NCBI RefSeq assembly: GCF_006345805.1
Contig: NC_043023.1
Coordinates: 496,001 to 560,000, forward strand
From: Octopus sinensis
Taxonomy: Eukaryota
Length of the DNA stretch: 64,000 nucleotides
Reading direction: 5' to 3'
Of this stretch, positions 48,834 to 63,349 are shown one piece after another. A program made the position numbers and the translations under genes. Below the pieces are notes generated by a model. It did no database searches and was not told the origin of the DNA. It saw only the letters and a list, made by a program, of their open reading frames with translations. Every line of letters starts with the position of its first letter. Positions within the stretch are counted from its first letter, which is position 1.

Positions 48834-49695
48834 ACACATAAACACACTCACAGACGCACACCTGCATATAAACACGCACACACACATACTCATACATGTT
48901 ATCACACAACGGAATACACGCATAAACGCACACAAAATAGCACGAAAAATCTCGCACACACAATCACTCCCGAAGTAACTCACCCACACACACACACACA
49001 CATGCACAGACACACACATAGATAAACACAAAGACAAACAAACATACATATAAAAGCATGTTAAAACTTATTTTGGCAAGCTTATCTGATGGCAGAAGTT
49101 TTGTGTGAACTCGAACGCAAAGAGGAGAGGAAACATACATACAAAAAGAGAAAAGGTGATAAAAAACCCGACTAAAAACAAAAACAAAACGGCCCCCTAA
49201 CAAAAAATAACAACTAACAAAAGAAAAAAAACATGGCACTTTTAAGAATGAAACGTCAGCCCGACTCCTGTAAGTAACCAACATGGCGGCTCTTGTTTCA
49301 CAAGTTGAACAGCGCTTGTATAAACAATGTAAATCAAGATGGATTCCACACTCGTCTTTCAAAGCTTGGGAAAAAAAGACAAGGAAAGGAAGAAAAAAAG
49401 TGTGAGAAGAGTATAGAGAGGAAAAAAGAGAGATAGATAGATCGCAAAACTGATTTATGAGTGAAAGTGTGAGAGAGAGAGAGAGAGAGAGGAAGCACAG
49501 AGAGTGGGAGAAAATGGGAGAAAGTAGGAGAGAGAGGAGAGAGTGCTAGAAAGAGAATTAGAGATTGTGCGGGAGATAATGCGATAGGAATATGTTTGTC
49601 GGCATCTCTCTCCCTCTCTGTTTCTCGATATATATATATGTACACACACACACAAATATATATATATCTACAAATATATATACATATATATACAA

Positions 49696-49752
<57 letters not shown>

Positions 49753-49757
49753 CAAAC

Positions 49758-49797
<40 letters not shown>

Positions 49798-49803
49798 ACA
49801 TAT

Positions 49804-49844
<41 letters not shown>

Positions 49845-49867
49845 CATATCTATAAATGTATGTATCA

Positions 49868-49921
<54 letters not shown>

Positions 49922-50311
49922 ATGTATACATATGATATATATCTGAGCTGCAACATATGTCTATATGTTAAAATACGCAGCAGTATTATACATGTATTGC
50001 CCAAATATATGCGTTGGTATTCATATATACCTAATCATATTTATCTATGCATGTAAGTACACAGACACACACAGATACACACACATATGTGTGTTCGTGT
50101 GTACGTATATAAATATATGTATATATATATAGGAAAAAAGCAACAAGAATGGATCAATATATCGGTACAATTGTTTCGTACGTTTTTTCCTATTTATAAT
50201 CACCCCACTTTGTCGTATGGTTAACACCATACAAATTTCTGGTGCATCCAAGTTAAGTACCATATTCATGTGAATTCAACAGAACTCACTTGAATCTCAG
50301 TTGCTTAAACC

Positions 50312-50358
<47 letters not shown>

Positions 50359-50908
50359 CAACAGATGGAAGATGTGTCAATTCCCTACAGCTGTTTCCAA
50401 CGAATTTTTAATTTATCAATGGTCACAATTCATCATTAGAAAATAAAACGCTTTCATTATGTGTGTACATGTACGACAACACTCAAAAACATTGAACAGC
50501 AAACGGGACGTGCATGTTCATGGTTCTATGACTCTTGTTGGTTACAGATTGGATTCGTTAGTTCAGTTTGCTTGTATTATAAGAGAAAATAACATGTTAT
50601 CTCTCTCACAATCTTTGATTTTTTTTCCCTCTCTCCCACACTCTGTGTTTTCTCTCTCTCTCTCACTTTTCCTCATAAATATGCATTCCAATCTCTCTCT
50701 CTCTCTCTCTTTTCCCTCTCAATCGCGTTATTTTCTCTCATGATATTACCAGCAAGGGTCATAAAATCATGGAGGTGCTCATCCTATTGGCTTCATGCGT
50801 CCACCTGATGAAAACGTGTTTTTTCTTCTTATGATGTAATGTCTCCATTAATCTATTAAAAATTTGTTGGAAACAGCTGTAGCGAATTGACACATTATCC
50901 TTCTGTTG
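50359..50908. repeat. Inverted repeat pair (~64-bp arms) containing a hammerhead 3' half (GAAA CAGCTG TA)
   Basis: 50359-50422 pairs with 50845-50908 at roughly 85% identity by eye. Confidence 0.8.
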
Positions 50909-51169
50909 TTATTTACTTATTTATTTATTCACCACTCTCGGAACCTGCTCCTAGCGTAGATATGAATTATATTATGGATCGTCCATTCAGTGCAATGTGC
51001 GTTTCCTGCTATTGATATACTCAGCCGAGTACAGATAATCGTATACCTAACCTGAATATCTTTCTGTCTGTAATTCGGTACCCGCATATATATATATATT
51101 CATATATTTTTGTCGTGTACGCATTTTACTTTCCAACCCAAACCGGTTCCTGAATCCTGATATATATAT

Positions 51170-51400
51170 ATGTTATTCTTTTATTCTTTTACTTGTTTCA
51201 GTCATTTGACTGCAGCCATGCTGGAGCACCGCCTTTTTAGTTGGTCAAATCGACCCCAGGACTTATTCTTTGTAAGCCTAGTACTTATTCTATCAGTCTC
51301 TTTTGCTGAACTGCTAAGTTATGGGGACGTAAATACACCAGCATCGGTTGTCAAACGATGCTAGGGGACAAACACAGACACACAAACATATACACACACA
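51170..51400 (-). mobile_element. SINE family B, 3' part
   Basis: CTTTTACTTGTTTCAGTCATTTGACTGC...GGGGACAAACACAGAC. Confidence 0.88.
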
Positions 51401-51693
51401 TACATACATATATATATATACATCCAAGGAAATACTGGTTCAATACCTAGTGTTATTGGGGAATGACATTCCCGTAAAACGATAGGTATATATTAAGCAC
51501 GTTAATATCCAGTTAAAAGAAGAAAAGAAAATCGAGAGTAGGATGTTGATAATTATATATTATTAACAAATTGGTCATCTTCACTTCTTACAGCCGTTTC
51601 AATTAATATCTCAAGAATTTAATTACCAATCTGTGCATTAAATTCGCGTTATAATTTCATATATTTAAACGCCGTTTGTTTGTTTTTCTTTTG

Positions 51694-51741
<48 letters not shown>

Positions 51742-51854
51742 TATTATATATATATATTATTTCAACAATTGAGGGCAAAATTAATTAATTATTAATCAAT
51801 TTCACCAAGTGTTCAGTATGCAAAGGGACCATTCAGGCGAATTCAAATTATTAC

Positions 51855-52408
51855 ATTATATAAAAGGGCTTAGTAAAATAAATACTTTGCCGCATACTGA
51901 ACTCATTAGAATAGCAGCTAAAAACTTTTTTAAGGCTATTTCTAATACTTAAAGAAAATCTCTCTCATATATAGTGTTTGCATAATTTAACTCAAAAAGT
52001 TTGGGGGTAATGACATCGAAAAATCAAATGCTAAGGTTATTCGAGAACGTACGTTTCAAGATTAGTCAAAACAACATTTCTATCATCGGCTCGGAAATTC
52101 CTTGGTTTGGATTTGGAAACACTGAAAATAAGAACATTTCTTATTTTCAGTGTTTCCAATCCAAACCAAGGAATTTCCGAGCCGATGATAGAATGTTGTT
52201 TTGACTAATCTTGAAACGTACGTTCTCGAATAACCTTAGCATTTGATTTTTCGATGTCATTACCCCCAAACTTTTGTGAGTTAAATTATGCAAACACTAT
52301 ATATGAGAGAGATTTTCTTTAAGTATTAGAAATAGCCTTAAAAAAGTTTTTTAGCTGCTATTCTAATGAGTTCAGTATGCGGCAAAGTAATTTATTACTA
52401 AGCCCTTT

Positions 52409-52416
<8 letters not shown>
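51855..52416. repeat. Near-perfect palindrome, ~280-bp arms, 3-nt loop
   Basis: Centre GAAAATAAGAA-CAT-TTCTTATTTTC (loop 52135-37); the arms differ almost only by small indels. Confidence 0.97.
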
Positions 52417-52452
<36 letters not shown>

Positions 52453-52454
<2 letters not shown>

Positions 52455-52848
52455 TCTTTACTCTTTTACTTGTTTCAGTCATTTGACTGCGGCCATGCTG
52501 GAGCACCGCCTTTAGTCGAGCAAATCAACCTCGGGACTTATTCTTTGTAAGCCCAGTACTTATTCTATCGGTCTCTTTTTTGCCGAACCGCTAAGTGACG
52601 GGGACGTAAACATACCAGCATCGGTTGTCAAGCAATGCTAGGGGGACAAACACAGACACACAAACACACACACTTATATATATATATACATATATACGAC
52701 AGGCTTCTTTCAGTTTCCGTCTACCAAATCCACTCACAAGGCTTTGGTCGGCCCGAGGCTATAGCAGAAGACACTTGCCCAAGGTGCCACGCAGTGGGAC
52801 TGAACCCAGAACCATGTGGTTGGTAAACAAGCTACCTACCACACAGCC
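52453..52848 (-). mobile_element. SINE family B, full length, young
   Basis: Near-identical to the 8116 and 62937 copies. Confidence 0.93.
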
Positions 52849-52879
52849 ATATATATATATATTTATTATATTACATTGG

Positions 52880-53050
52880 TTTTAAATTTTGGCACAGAGC
52901 CAAGAATTAACGGAGGTGGGGGTAAGTCCATTACATCGACCCCAGAATTCAACTGCTAGTTATGTTATCGACCCTGAACGGGATGTAAGGCAAAATTGAC
53001 CTCAGCGGCATTTGAACTCAACGTAACAACGGAAGAAATGCTGTTAAGCA
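52880..53050 (-). mobile_element. SINE family A, degenerate
   Basis: TTACATCGACCCCAG...TTATCGACCC...GACCTCAGCGGCATTTGAACTC. Confidence 0.8.
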
Positions 53051-53364
53051 CATATTATATTATATTATTTTATAAACACCCCGTTTCACATTGTATAGAG
53101 CAAACATTTTATTATAAAAAATCGGTTTTATAAACTGCTTTGAATATTATATCGAAATATAACATGATTTTCCCAATTCTTCGAGGTATAACACTAAATT
53201 TTCAATTCAAAACATCTATTTATATTTTAAGGCCGCATTTTTGCAATTCGTATATTTCCAAGACTGCCTGCGATATGAGACTGCCAACAAGCAGTCTTAT
53301 TTTAGATGCGCAGAGGGGAGGTTAGCGTACTCGCCAGACGCATGCGTGCTAGTCCGTTATAGAT

Positions 53365-53655
53365 GTCCTGGTACTTATTCTATCGGTTCTTCTGCCGAAC
53401 CGCTAGGTTACGGGAAAGTAAACACACCAACATCGGTTGCCAAGAGTGGTGGAGCGACAAACACAGTTACACACGCACACAGATACGTATACATATATAT
53501 ACGACGGGCTTCTTTCAGTTCCCATCTAGCGAATCCACTCAGAAGGCTTTGTTCGGCCCGAGACTATAGTAGAACATACATACCCAAGGTGCCACGCAGC
53601 GGGACAGAACTCGGGACCATGTGGTTGGGAAGTAAGCTTCTTGCCACACAGCCAC
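53365..53655 (-). mobile_element. SINE family B, partial
   Basis: GTACTTATTCTATCGG...CCCAAGGTGCCACGCAGCGGG...CCACACAGCCAC. Confidence 0.85.
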
Positions 53656-53659
53656 GATT

Positions 53660-53947
53660 ATGCATGTATGTATGCATGTATGTATGTATGTATGTATGTA
53701 TGTATGTATGTATGTATGTATGTATGCATGTATGTATGTATGTATGTATGTATGTATGTAGTATGTATGTATGCATTTGTATGTATGTATATATGTATGT
53801 ATGTATGTAGTATGTATATATGTATGTATGTATGTATATATGTATGTATGTATGTATGTATATATATGTATGTTATGTAGTAGTATGTATGTATGTATGT
53901 ATATATGTATGTATGTATGTATGTATATATGTATGTATGTATGTATG

Positions 53948-53981
<34 letters not shown>

Positions 53982-54481
53982 TGTATGTATATATGTATGT
54001 ATGTATGTATGTTGTTATATGTATGTATGTATGTATGTATATATGTATGTATGTATGTATGTCTGTATGTGTATGTATGTACGTATGTATGTATGTAGTA
54101 TGTATGTATGTATGTATGTATGTATGTATGTATGTATGTATGCATGTATGTATGTATTTATATAGTATGTATGTATGTATGTATGTATGTATGTATATAT
54201 GTATGTATGTATGTATGTATATATGTATGTATGTATGTATATATGTATGATGTATGTAAATGTATATATGTATGTATGTATGTATGTATTGCATGTATGT
54301 ATGTATGTATGTATGTATGTATATAGTTGTATGTATGTGATGATGTATGTATATATGTATGTATGTATATGTATGTATGTATATATGTATGTAGTATGTA
54401 TGTTATATGTATGTATGAGTATGTACGTATGTATGTATGTATGTATGTATATGTATGTATGTATGCATGTATGTATGTATG

Positions 54482-54512
<31 letters not shown>

Positions 54513-54533
54513 ATATGTATGTATGTATGTATG

Positions 54534-54567
<34 letters not shown>

Positions 54568-54613
54568 TGTATATATGTATGTATGTAGTATGTAGTATGT
54601 ATGTATGTATGTA

Positions 54614-54649
<36 letters not shown>

Positions 54650-54752
54650 TGTATATATGTATGTATGTATGTATATATGTATGTATGTAGAGTACGTATG
54701 TATGTATGTATGTATGTATGTATGTATGTATGTATGCATGTATGTATGTATG

Positions 54753-54783
<31 letters not shown>

Positions 54784-55106
54784 ATATGTATGTATGTATG
54801 TAGGTAATATGATGTATGTATGTATGTATGCATGTATGTATGTATGTATGTATGTATGTATGTATGTATGTATGTATGTATGTATGTATGTATGTATATA
54901 TGTATGTATGTATGTATGTATATATGTATGCATGTATGTATGTATGTACGTATGTATGCATGTATGTATGTATGTATGTATGCATGTATGTATGAGTGTA
55001 TGTATATATGTATGTATGTATGTATGTATGCATGTATGTATGTATGTATGTATGTATGTATGTATGTATGTATGTATGCATGTATGTATGTATGTATGTA
55101 TGTATG

Positions 55107-55140
<34 letters not shown>

Positions 55141-55791
55141 TGTATGTATGTATGTATGTATGTATATATGTATGCATGTATGTATGAGTGTATGTATATA
55201 TGTATATATGTATGTATATATGTATTTATGTACGTATGTATGTATGTATGTATGTATGTATGTATGTATGTATGCATGTATGTATGTATGTATATATTAT
55301 GTATGTATGTATGTATGTATATATGAGTATGTATGTATGTATGCATGTATGTATGTATGTATGTAGGTATGATGTATGTATGTATGTATATATGTATGTA
55401 TGTATGTATGTATATATGTATGTATGTATGTAGGTATATATGTATGCATGTATGTATGTATGTATGTATGTATGTATGATGTATGTATGTATGTATGTAT
55501 GCATGTATGTATGAGTGTATGTATATATGTATGTATGTATGTATGTATGCATGTATTGTATGTATGATGTATGTATATATGTATGTATGTATGTATATAT
55601 GTATGTAGTATGTATGTATATATGTATGTATGTATATATGTATGTATGTATGATGTATATATGTATGTATGTATGTATGTACGTATGTATGTATGTATGT
55701 ATGTATGTATGTATGTAGTATGCATGTATTATGTATGTATGTATATATGTATGTATGTGTTATGTATGTATGTTATATGTATGTATGTATG

Positions 55792-55825
<34 letters not shown>

Positions 55826-55847
55826 TATATGTATGTATGTATGTATG

Positions 55848-55881
<34 letters not shown>

Positions 55882-55959
55882 TGTATATATGTATGTATGT
55901 ATGTATGTATATATGTATGTATGTATGTATGTACGTATGTATATATGTATGTACGTATG

Positions 55960-56018
<59 letters not shown>

Positions 56019-56065
56019 ATGTATGTATGTATGTATGTATGTATATATGTATGTATGTATGTATG

Positions 56066-56127
<62 letters not shown>

Positions 56128-56169
56128 TGTATGTATGTATGTATGTATATATGTATGTATGTATGTATG

Positions 56170-56200
<31 letters not shown>

Positions 56201-56237
56201 ATATGCATGTATGTATATATGTATGTATGTATGTATG

Positions 56238-56271
<34 letters not shown>

Positions 56272-56491
56272 TGTATGTATATATGTATGTATGTATGTAT
56301 GTATATATGTATGTATGTATGTATGTATATATGTACGTATGTATGTATGTATGTATGTATGTATGTATGTGTGTATGTATGTATGTGTGTGTGAATGTAT
56401 GTATGTATGTATGTATGTATATATGTATGTATGTATGTATATATGTATGCATGTATGTATGTATGTATGTATGTATGTATGTATGTATGTG

Positions 56492-56553
<62 letters not shown>

Positions 56554-56693
56554 TGTATGTATGTATGTATGTATGTATGTATGTATGTATGTATGTACGT
56601 ATGTATGTATGTATGTATGTATGTATGTATGCATGTATGTATGTATGTATATATATGTATGTATGTATGTATATATGTATGTATGTATGTATG

Positions 56694-56727
<34 letters not shown>

Positions 56728-56734
56728 TGTATTG

Positions 56735-56770
<36 letters not shown>

Positions 56771-56816
56771 TGTATGTATGTATGTATGTATGTATGTATG
56801 CATGTATGTATGTATG

Positions 56817-56850
<34 letters not shown>

Positions 56851-56980
56851 TGTATATATGTATGTATGTATGTATGTATATATGTATGTATGTATGTATG
56901 TATATATGTATGTATGTATGTATGTATATATGTATGTATGTATGTATGTATGCATGTATGTATGTATGTATGTATGTATG

Positions 56981-57011
<31 letters not shown>

Positions 57012-57278
57012 ATATGTATGTATTATGTATGTATGTATATATGTATGTATGTATGTATGTATATATGTATGTATGTATGTATGTACGTATGTATGTATGT
57101 ATGTATGTATGTATGTATGTATGTATGTATGTATGTATGCATGTATGTATGTATGTATATATGTATGTATGTATGTATGTATATATGTATGTATGTATGT
57201 ATGTATATTGTATGTATGTATGTATGTATGTATGTATGTCGTATATATGTATGTATGTATGTATGTATGGTATGTATG

Positions 57279-57310
<32 letters not shown>

Positions 57311-57800
57311 ATGTATGTATGTATATATGTATGTTGTATGTTATATGTATGTATGTATGTATGTAGTATGTATGTATGTATGATGTATGTATTTGTATGT
57401 ATGTATGTATGTAGCATGTATGTATGTATGTATATATGTATGTATGTATGTATGTATGTGTATATATGTATGTATGTATGTATGTATATATGTATGTATG
57501 TATGTATGTATGCATGTATGTATGTATGTATGTATGTATGTATGTATGTATGTATGTATATATGTATGTATGTATGTATGTATATATGTATGTATGTATG
57601 TATATATGTATGCATGTATGTATGTATGTATGTATGTATGCATGTATGTATGTATGTATGTATGCATGTATGTATGAGTGTATGTATATATGTATGTATG
57701 TATGTATGTATGCATGTATGTATGTATGTATGTATGTATGTATGTATGTATGTATGTATGTATGTATGTATGCATGTATGTATGTATGTATGTATGTATG

Positions 57801-57834
<34 letters not shown>

Positions 57835-58008
57835 TGTATGTATGTATGTATGTATGTATGTATGTATATATGTATGCATGTATGTATGAGTGTATGTATA
57901 TATGTATATATGTATGTATATATGTATGTATGTACGTATGTATGTATGTATGTATGTATGTATGTATGTATGTATGTATGTATGTATGTATGCATGTATG
58001 TATGTATG

Positions 58009-58039
<31 letters not shown>

Positions 58040-58483
58040 ATATGTATGTATGTATGTATGTATGCATGTATGTATGTATGTATGTATGTATGTATGTATG
58101 TATGTATGTATATATGTATGTATGTATGTATGTATATATGTATGTATGTATGTATGTATATATGTATGCATGTATGTATGTATGTATGTATGTATGCATG
58201 TATGTATGTATGTATGTTGCATGTATGTATGAGTATGTTATGTATATATGTATGTATGTATGTTTATGCATGTATGTACGTATGTATGTATGTATGTATG
58301 TAATATGTATGTATGTATGTATATATGTATGTATGTATGTATGTATATATGTATGTATGTATATATGTATATATGTATGTATGTATATATGTATGTATGT
58401 ATGTATGTACGTATGTATGTATGTATGTATGTATGTATGTATGTATGTATGTATGTATGTATGCATGTATGTATGTATGTATG

Positions 58484-58517
<34 letters not shown>

Positions 58518-58535
58518 TATATGTATGTATGTATG

Positions 58536-58569
<34 letters not shown>

Positions 58570-58591
58570 TATATGTATGTATGTATGTATG

Positions 58592-58625
<34 letters not shown>

Positions 58626-58723
58626 TATATGTATGTATGTATGTATGTATATATGTATGTATGTATGTATGTACGTATGTATATATGTATGTACGTATGT
58701 ATGTATGTATGTATGTATGTATG

Positions 58724-58757
<34 letters not shown>

Positions 58758-58832
58758 TGTATGTATGTATGTATGTATGTATATATGTATGTATGTATGT
58801 ATGTATATATGTATGTATGTATGTATGTATGC

Positions 58833-58865
<33 letters not shown>

Positions 58866-59047
58866 TGTATGTATGTATATATGTATGTATGTATGTATGT
58901 ATATATGTATGTATGTATGTATGTATATATGCATGTATGTATATATGTATGTATGTAGATGTATATATTATGTATGTATGTATGTAGTATGTATGTATGT
59001 ATATATGTATGTATGTATGTATGTATATATGTACGTATGTATGTATG

Positions 59048-59081
<34 letters not shown>

Positions 59082-59195
59082 TGTGTGTATGTATGTATGT
59101 GTGTGTGAATGTATGTATGTATGTATATATGTATATATGTATGTATGTATGTATATATGTATGCATGTATGTATGTATGTATGTATGTATGTATG

Positions 59196-59257
<62 letters not shown>

Positions 59258-59371
59258 TGTATGTATGTATATATGTATGTATGTATGTATGTATATATGT
59301 ATGTATGTATGTATGTACGTATGTATGTATGTATGTATGTATGTATGTATGTATGCATGTATGTATGTATG

Positions 59372-59402
<31 letters not shown>

Positions 59403-59423
59403 ATATGTATGTATGTATGTATG

Positions 59424-59457
<34 letters not shown>

Positions 59458-59471
59458 TGTATGTATGTATG

Positions 59472-59505
<34 letters not shown>

Positions 59506-59579
59506 TGTATGTATGTATGTATGTACGTATGTATGTATGCATGTATGTATGTATGTATATATGTATGTATGTATGTATG

Positions 59580-59613
<34 letters not shown>

Positions 59614-59759
59614 TGTATGTATGTATATATGTATGTATGTATGTATGTATATATGTATGTATGCATGTATGTACGTATGTATGTATGTATGTATGTATGT
59701 ATGTATGTATGTATGTATGTATGTATGTATGTATGTATGTATGCATGTATGTATGTATG

Positions 59760-59790
<31 letters not shown>

Positions 59791-60100
59791 ATATGTATGT
59801 ATGTATGTATGTATATATGTATGTATGTATGTATGTATGCATGTATGTATGTATGTATGTATGTATGTATGTATGTATGTATGTATATATGTATGTATGT
59901 ATGTATGTATATATGTATGTATGTACGTATATATGTATGTATATATGTATGCATGTATGTATGTATGTATGTATGTATGCATGTATGTATGTATGTATGT
60001 ATGTATGCATGTATGTATGAGTGTATGTATATATGTATGTATGTATGTATGCATGTATGTATGTATGTATGTATGTATGTATATATGTTATGTATGTATG

Positions 60101-60134
<34 letters not shown>

Positions 60135-60283
60135 TGTATGTATGTATGTATATATGTATGTATGTCTGTAGTATATATGTAGGTATGTATGTCTGTACGT
60201 ATGTATGTATGTATGTATGTATGTATGTATGTATGTATGTATGTATGTATGTATGTATGTATGCATGTATGTATGTATGTATG

Positions 60284-60317
<34 letters not shown>

Positions 60318-60339
60318 TGTATGTATATATGTATGTATG

Positions 60340-60373
<34 letters not shown>

Positions 60374-60407
60374 TGTATGTATGTATATATGTATGTATGT
60401 ATGTATG

Positions 60408-60442
<35 letters not shown>

Positions 60443-60594
60443 TATGTATGTATGTATGTATGTATATATTTATGTATGTATGATGTACGTATGTATATAT
60501 GTATGTACGTATGTATGTATGTATGTATGTATGTATATATGTATGTATGTAGTATGTGTATGTATGTATGTATATATGTATGTATGTATGTATG

Positions 60595-60628
<34 letters not shown>

Positions 60629-60746
60629 TGTAGTTGTATGTATGTATGTATGTATGTATGTATGTATGTATGTATGTATATATGTAGGTATGTATGTATG
60701 TATGTATATAGCATGTATGTATATATGTATGTATGTAGTATGTATG

Positions 60747-60780
<34 letters not shown>

Positions 60781-60954
60781 TGTATATATGTATGTATGTA
60801 TGTATGTATTATGTAGTATGTATGTATGTATATAGGTATATGTATGTATGTATGTATGTGTGTATGTATGTATGTGTGTGTGAATGTATGTATGTATGTA
60901 TGTATGTATATATGTATGTATGTATGTATATATGTATGCATGTATGTATGTATG

Positions 60955-61015
<61 letters not shown>

Positions 61016-61114
61016 GTGAATGTATGTATGAATGTATGTGTGTATGTATGTGTGTATGTATGTATGTATGTATGTATATATGTATGTATGTATGTGTGTA
61101 TGTATGTATGTATG

Positions 61115-61145
<31 letters not shown>

Positions 61146-61659
61146 ATATGTATGTATGTATGTATGTGCATGTATGTATGTATGTGTGTCTGTATGTATG
61201 TATGTATGATTATATAGTATTGTATGTGTGTATGTATGTATGTATGTGTGTATGTATGTATGTATATGTATGTATATATGTATGTATGTATGTGTGTATG
61301 TATGTAGTTGTGTGTATGTATGTGTGTATGTATGTTATGTATGTATGTATGTATGTGTGTATGTATGTATGTATGTATGTATGTATGTATGTATGTTATA
61401 TGTATGTATGTATGTGTGTATGTAGTATGTATGTATTGTATATATGTATGTATGTGTGTGTGTATGTATGTATGTATGTATATATGTATGTATGTAATGT
61501 ATGTATGTATATATGTATGTATGTATGTGTGTATGTATGTATGTATGTATATGTATGTATGTATGTATGTATTTCTGTCTGTATATATGTGTGTATGTAT
61601 GTATGTATGTGTGTATGTATGTATGTATGTATGATGTATGTATGTATGTATGTAGTATG

Positions 61660-61693
<34 letters not shown>

Positions 61694-61780
61694 GTATGTA
61701 TGTATGTATGTAGTATGTATTGTATGTATGTGTGTAGTATGTAGTATGTATGTGTGTATGTATGTGTATGTGTTTGTGTT
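53660..61780. repeat. ~8.1-kb (TATG)n satellite-like array with variant units
   Basis: Continuous TATG tandem with TATA, TGCA, TACG and TGAG variants. Confidence 0.98.
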
Positions 61781-62059
61781 TGTGTGGCGAGAGCTAAATA
61801 CCAAGTGGATACAGTGTTGGTGGGGCGTTGTGCCTTTGAGCAAAAGTCCTCCATTTCACGTGGCTCTGTCACCATTTCGATACCTGACTCGTGACACCCT
61901 TCTCCACCTGTACAAGCAACATCGATTTCATGGGAAGTGTGAGCTAATGCCCAACACAAACATTTGATCACTAAAACACGAATCATTTTGAGCAGGTTTT
62001 TCAGCAAGAAATCGCAGAACCATTTTTCTCAGTCTACGAGGGACTGCCACTAGCAGCAC

Positions 62060-62125
62060 CATCCTCCTCCTTCTCCTCCTCCTCCTCCTCATCATCATCA
62101 TCACCATCACCATCACCATCACCAC

Positions 62126-62170
<45 letters not shown>

Positions 62171-62306
62171 TATCATCATCATTATCTTCATTATCATCAT
62201 CATCATTATCATCATCATCATTATCATCATCATCATCATCATCATCATAATTATCATCATCATAATTATCATCATCATCATCATCATAATTATCATCATC
62301 ATCATT

Positions 62307-62340
<34 letters not shown>

Positions 62341-62345
62341 TCACC
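62060..62345. repeat. (CAT)n / (CCT)n / (CAC)n trinucleotide tract
   Basis: Direct observation. Confidence 0.95.
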
Positions 62346-62936
62346 CTCGTGTGTGTGTGTGTGTGTGTTAGTCTGCAAGAGAATTCTATAGTGATGAATG
62401 GTGATCTTGAGTAGGGTTAATCTTTTCTACTGTGTGAAGAAGTCCTGTCCTGCTGCGTGCTTCAAGTGCTACAAGTCCTCAACCACCACACACAAAGTCA
62501 TCTAAAGTAGGTTCCTGGTTTCTGTTGTCGCCTCTGCTCAAGATTCGCCTAAATCCGGTTCTGGTGTTTTTCTCTCCTCACTTCAAACTATTTCAAGCAA
62601 GTGAACCACGTTGTTCTCTGTTCGTTTTCTCTTTTCAGCAAAGTTGTGGCTAATAAGGTATCAAATGACGGACAAAGATCCCTGTTGAAAAACCCCTGCT
62701 ATTTAAAAACAAGGGGGTTAACACTTACGGTATTCAAATTATTGGCTCCAATTTTTTGTAGTTATTGTAATTATTGAGTATATAAACCATTTGGCTTGTT
62801 TCTCTGAGATTGTTCAAAGTGATGCAGACACCTCTGATGAGAATCCAGTAAGATTACAAAATCGATGAAGGTTGGTCATCACTAAAAAGAATACTGATAG
62901 AAGCTTAATTAGCCCTATTTATAAAGGTACTATATA

Positions 62937-63349
62937 CTCTTTACTCTTTACTCTTTTATTTGTTTCAGTCATTGACTGCGGCCATGTTGGAGCACCGCCT
63001 TTAATCGAGCAACTCGACCCCGGGACTTATTCTTTTGTAAGCCAGTACTTATTCCATCGGTCTCTTTTGCCGAACCGCTAAGTAACGGGACATAACACAA
63101 AAACCAGCATCGGTTGTCAAGCAATGCTAGGGGGACAAACACAGACACACAAACACACACACACGCATATATATATATACATATATACGACGGGCTTCTT
63201 TCAATTTCCGTCTACTGAATCCACTCACAAGGCTTTGGTCGGCCTGAGGCTACAGTAGAAGACACTTGTCCAAGATGCCACGCAGTGGGACTGAACCCGG
63301 AACCATGTGGTTCGTAAGCAACTTACTTACCACACAGCCACTCCAGCGC
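62937..63349 (-). mobile_element. SINE family B, full length, flanked by a 47-bp direct duplication
   Basis: AATACTGATAGAAGCTTAATTAGC.CT.TTTATAAAGGTACTATATA at 62890-62936 and 63354-63400. Confidence 0.93.

Noticed and set aside
53539-61843. Very long ORFs (up to 1053 aa; MYVC/HTYI repeats), and similar ones at 15.2, 23.6, 31.7 and 43.1 kb
   Set aside because: Stop-free translations of (TATG)n/(TACA)n in several frames on both strands; no coding signal
62390-62660. Unique-looking segment as an exon or RTE zinc-finger relic
   Set aside because: Stops in all frames; resemblance to FVCG...RTGL is too weak to call
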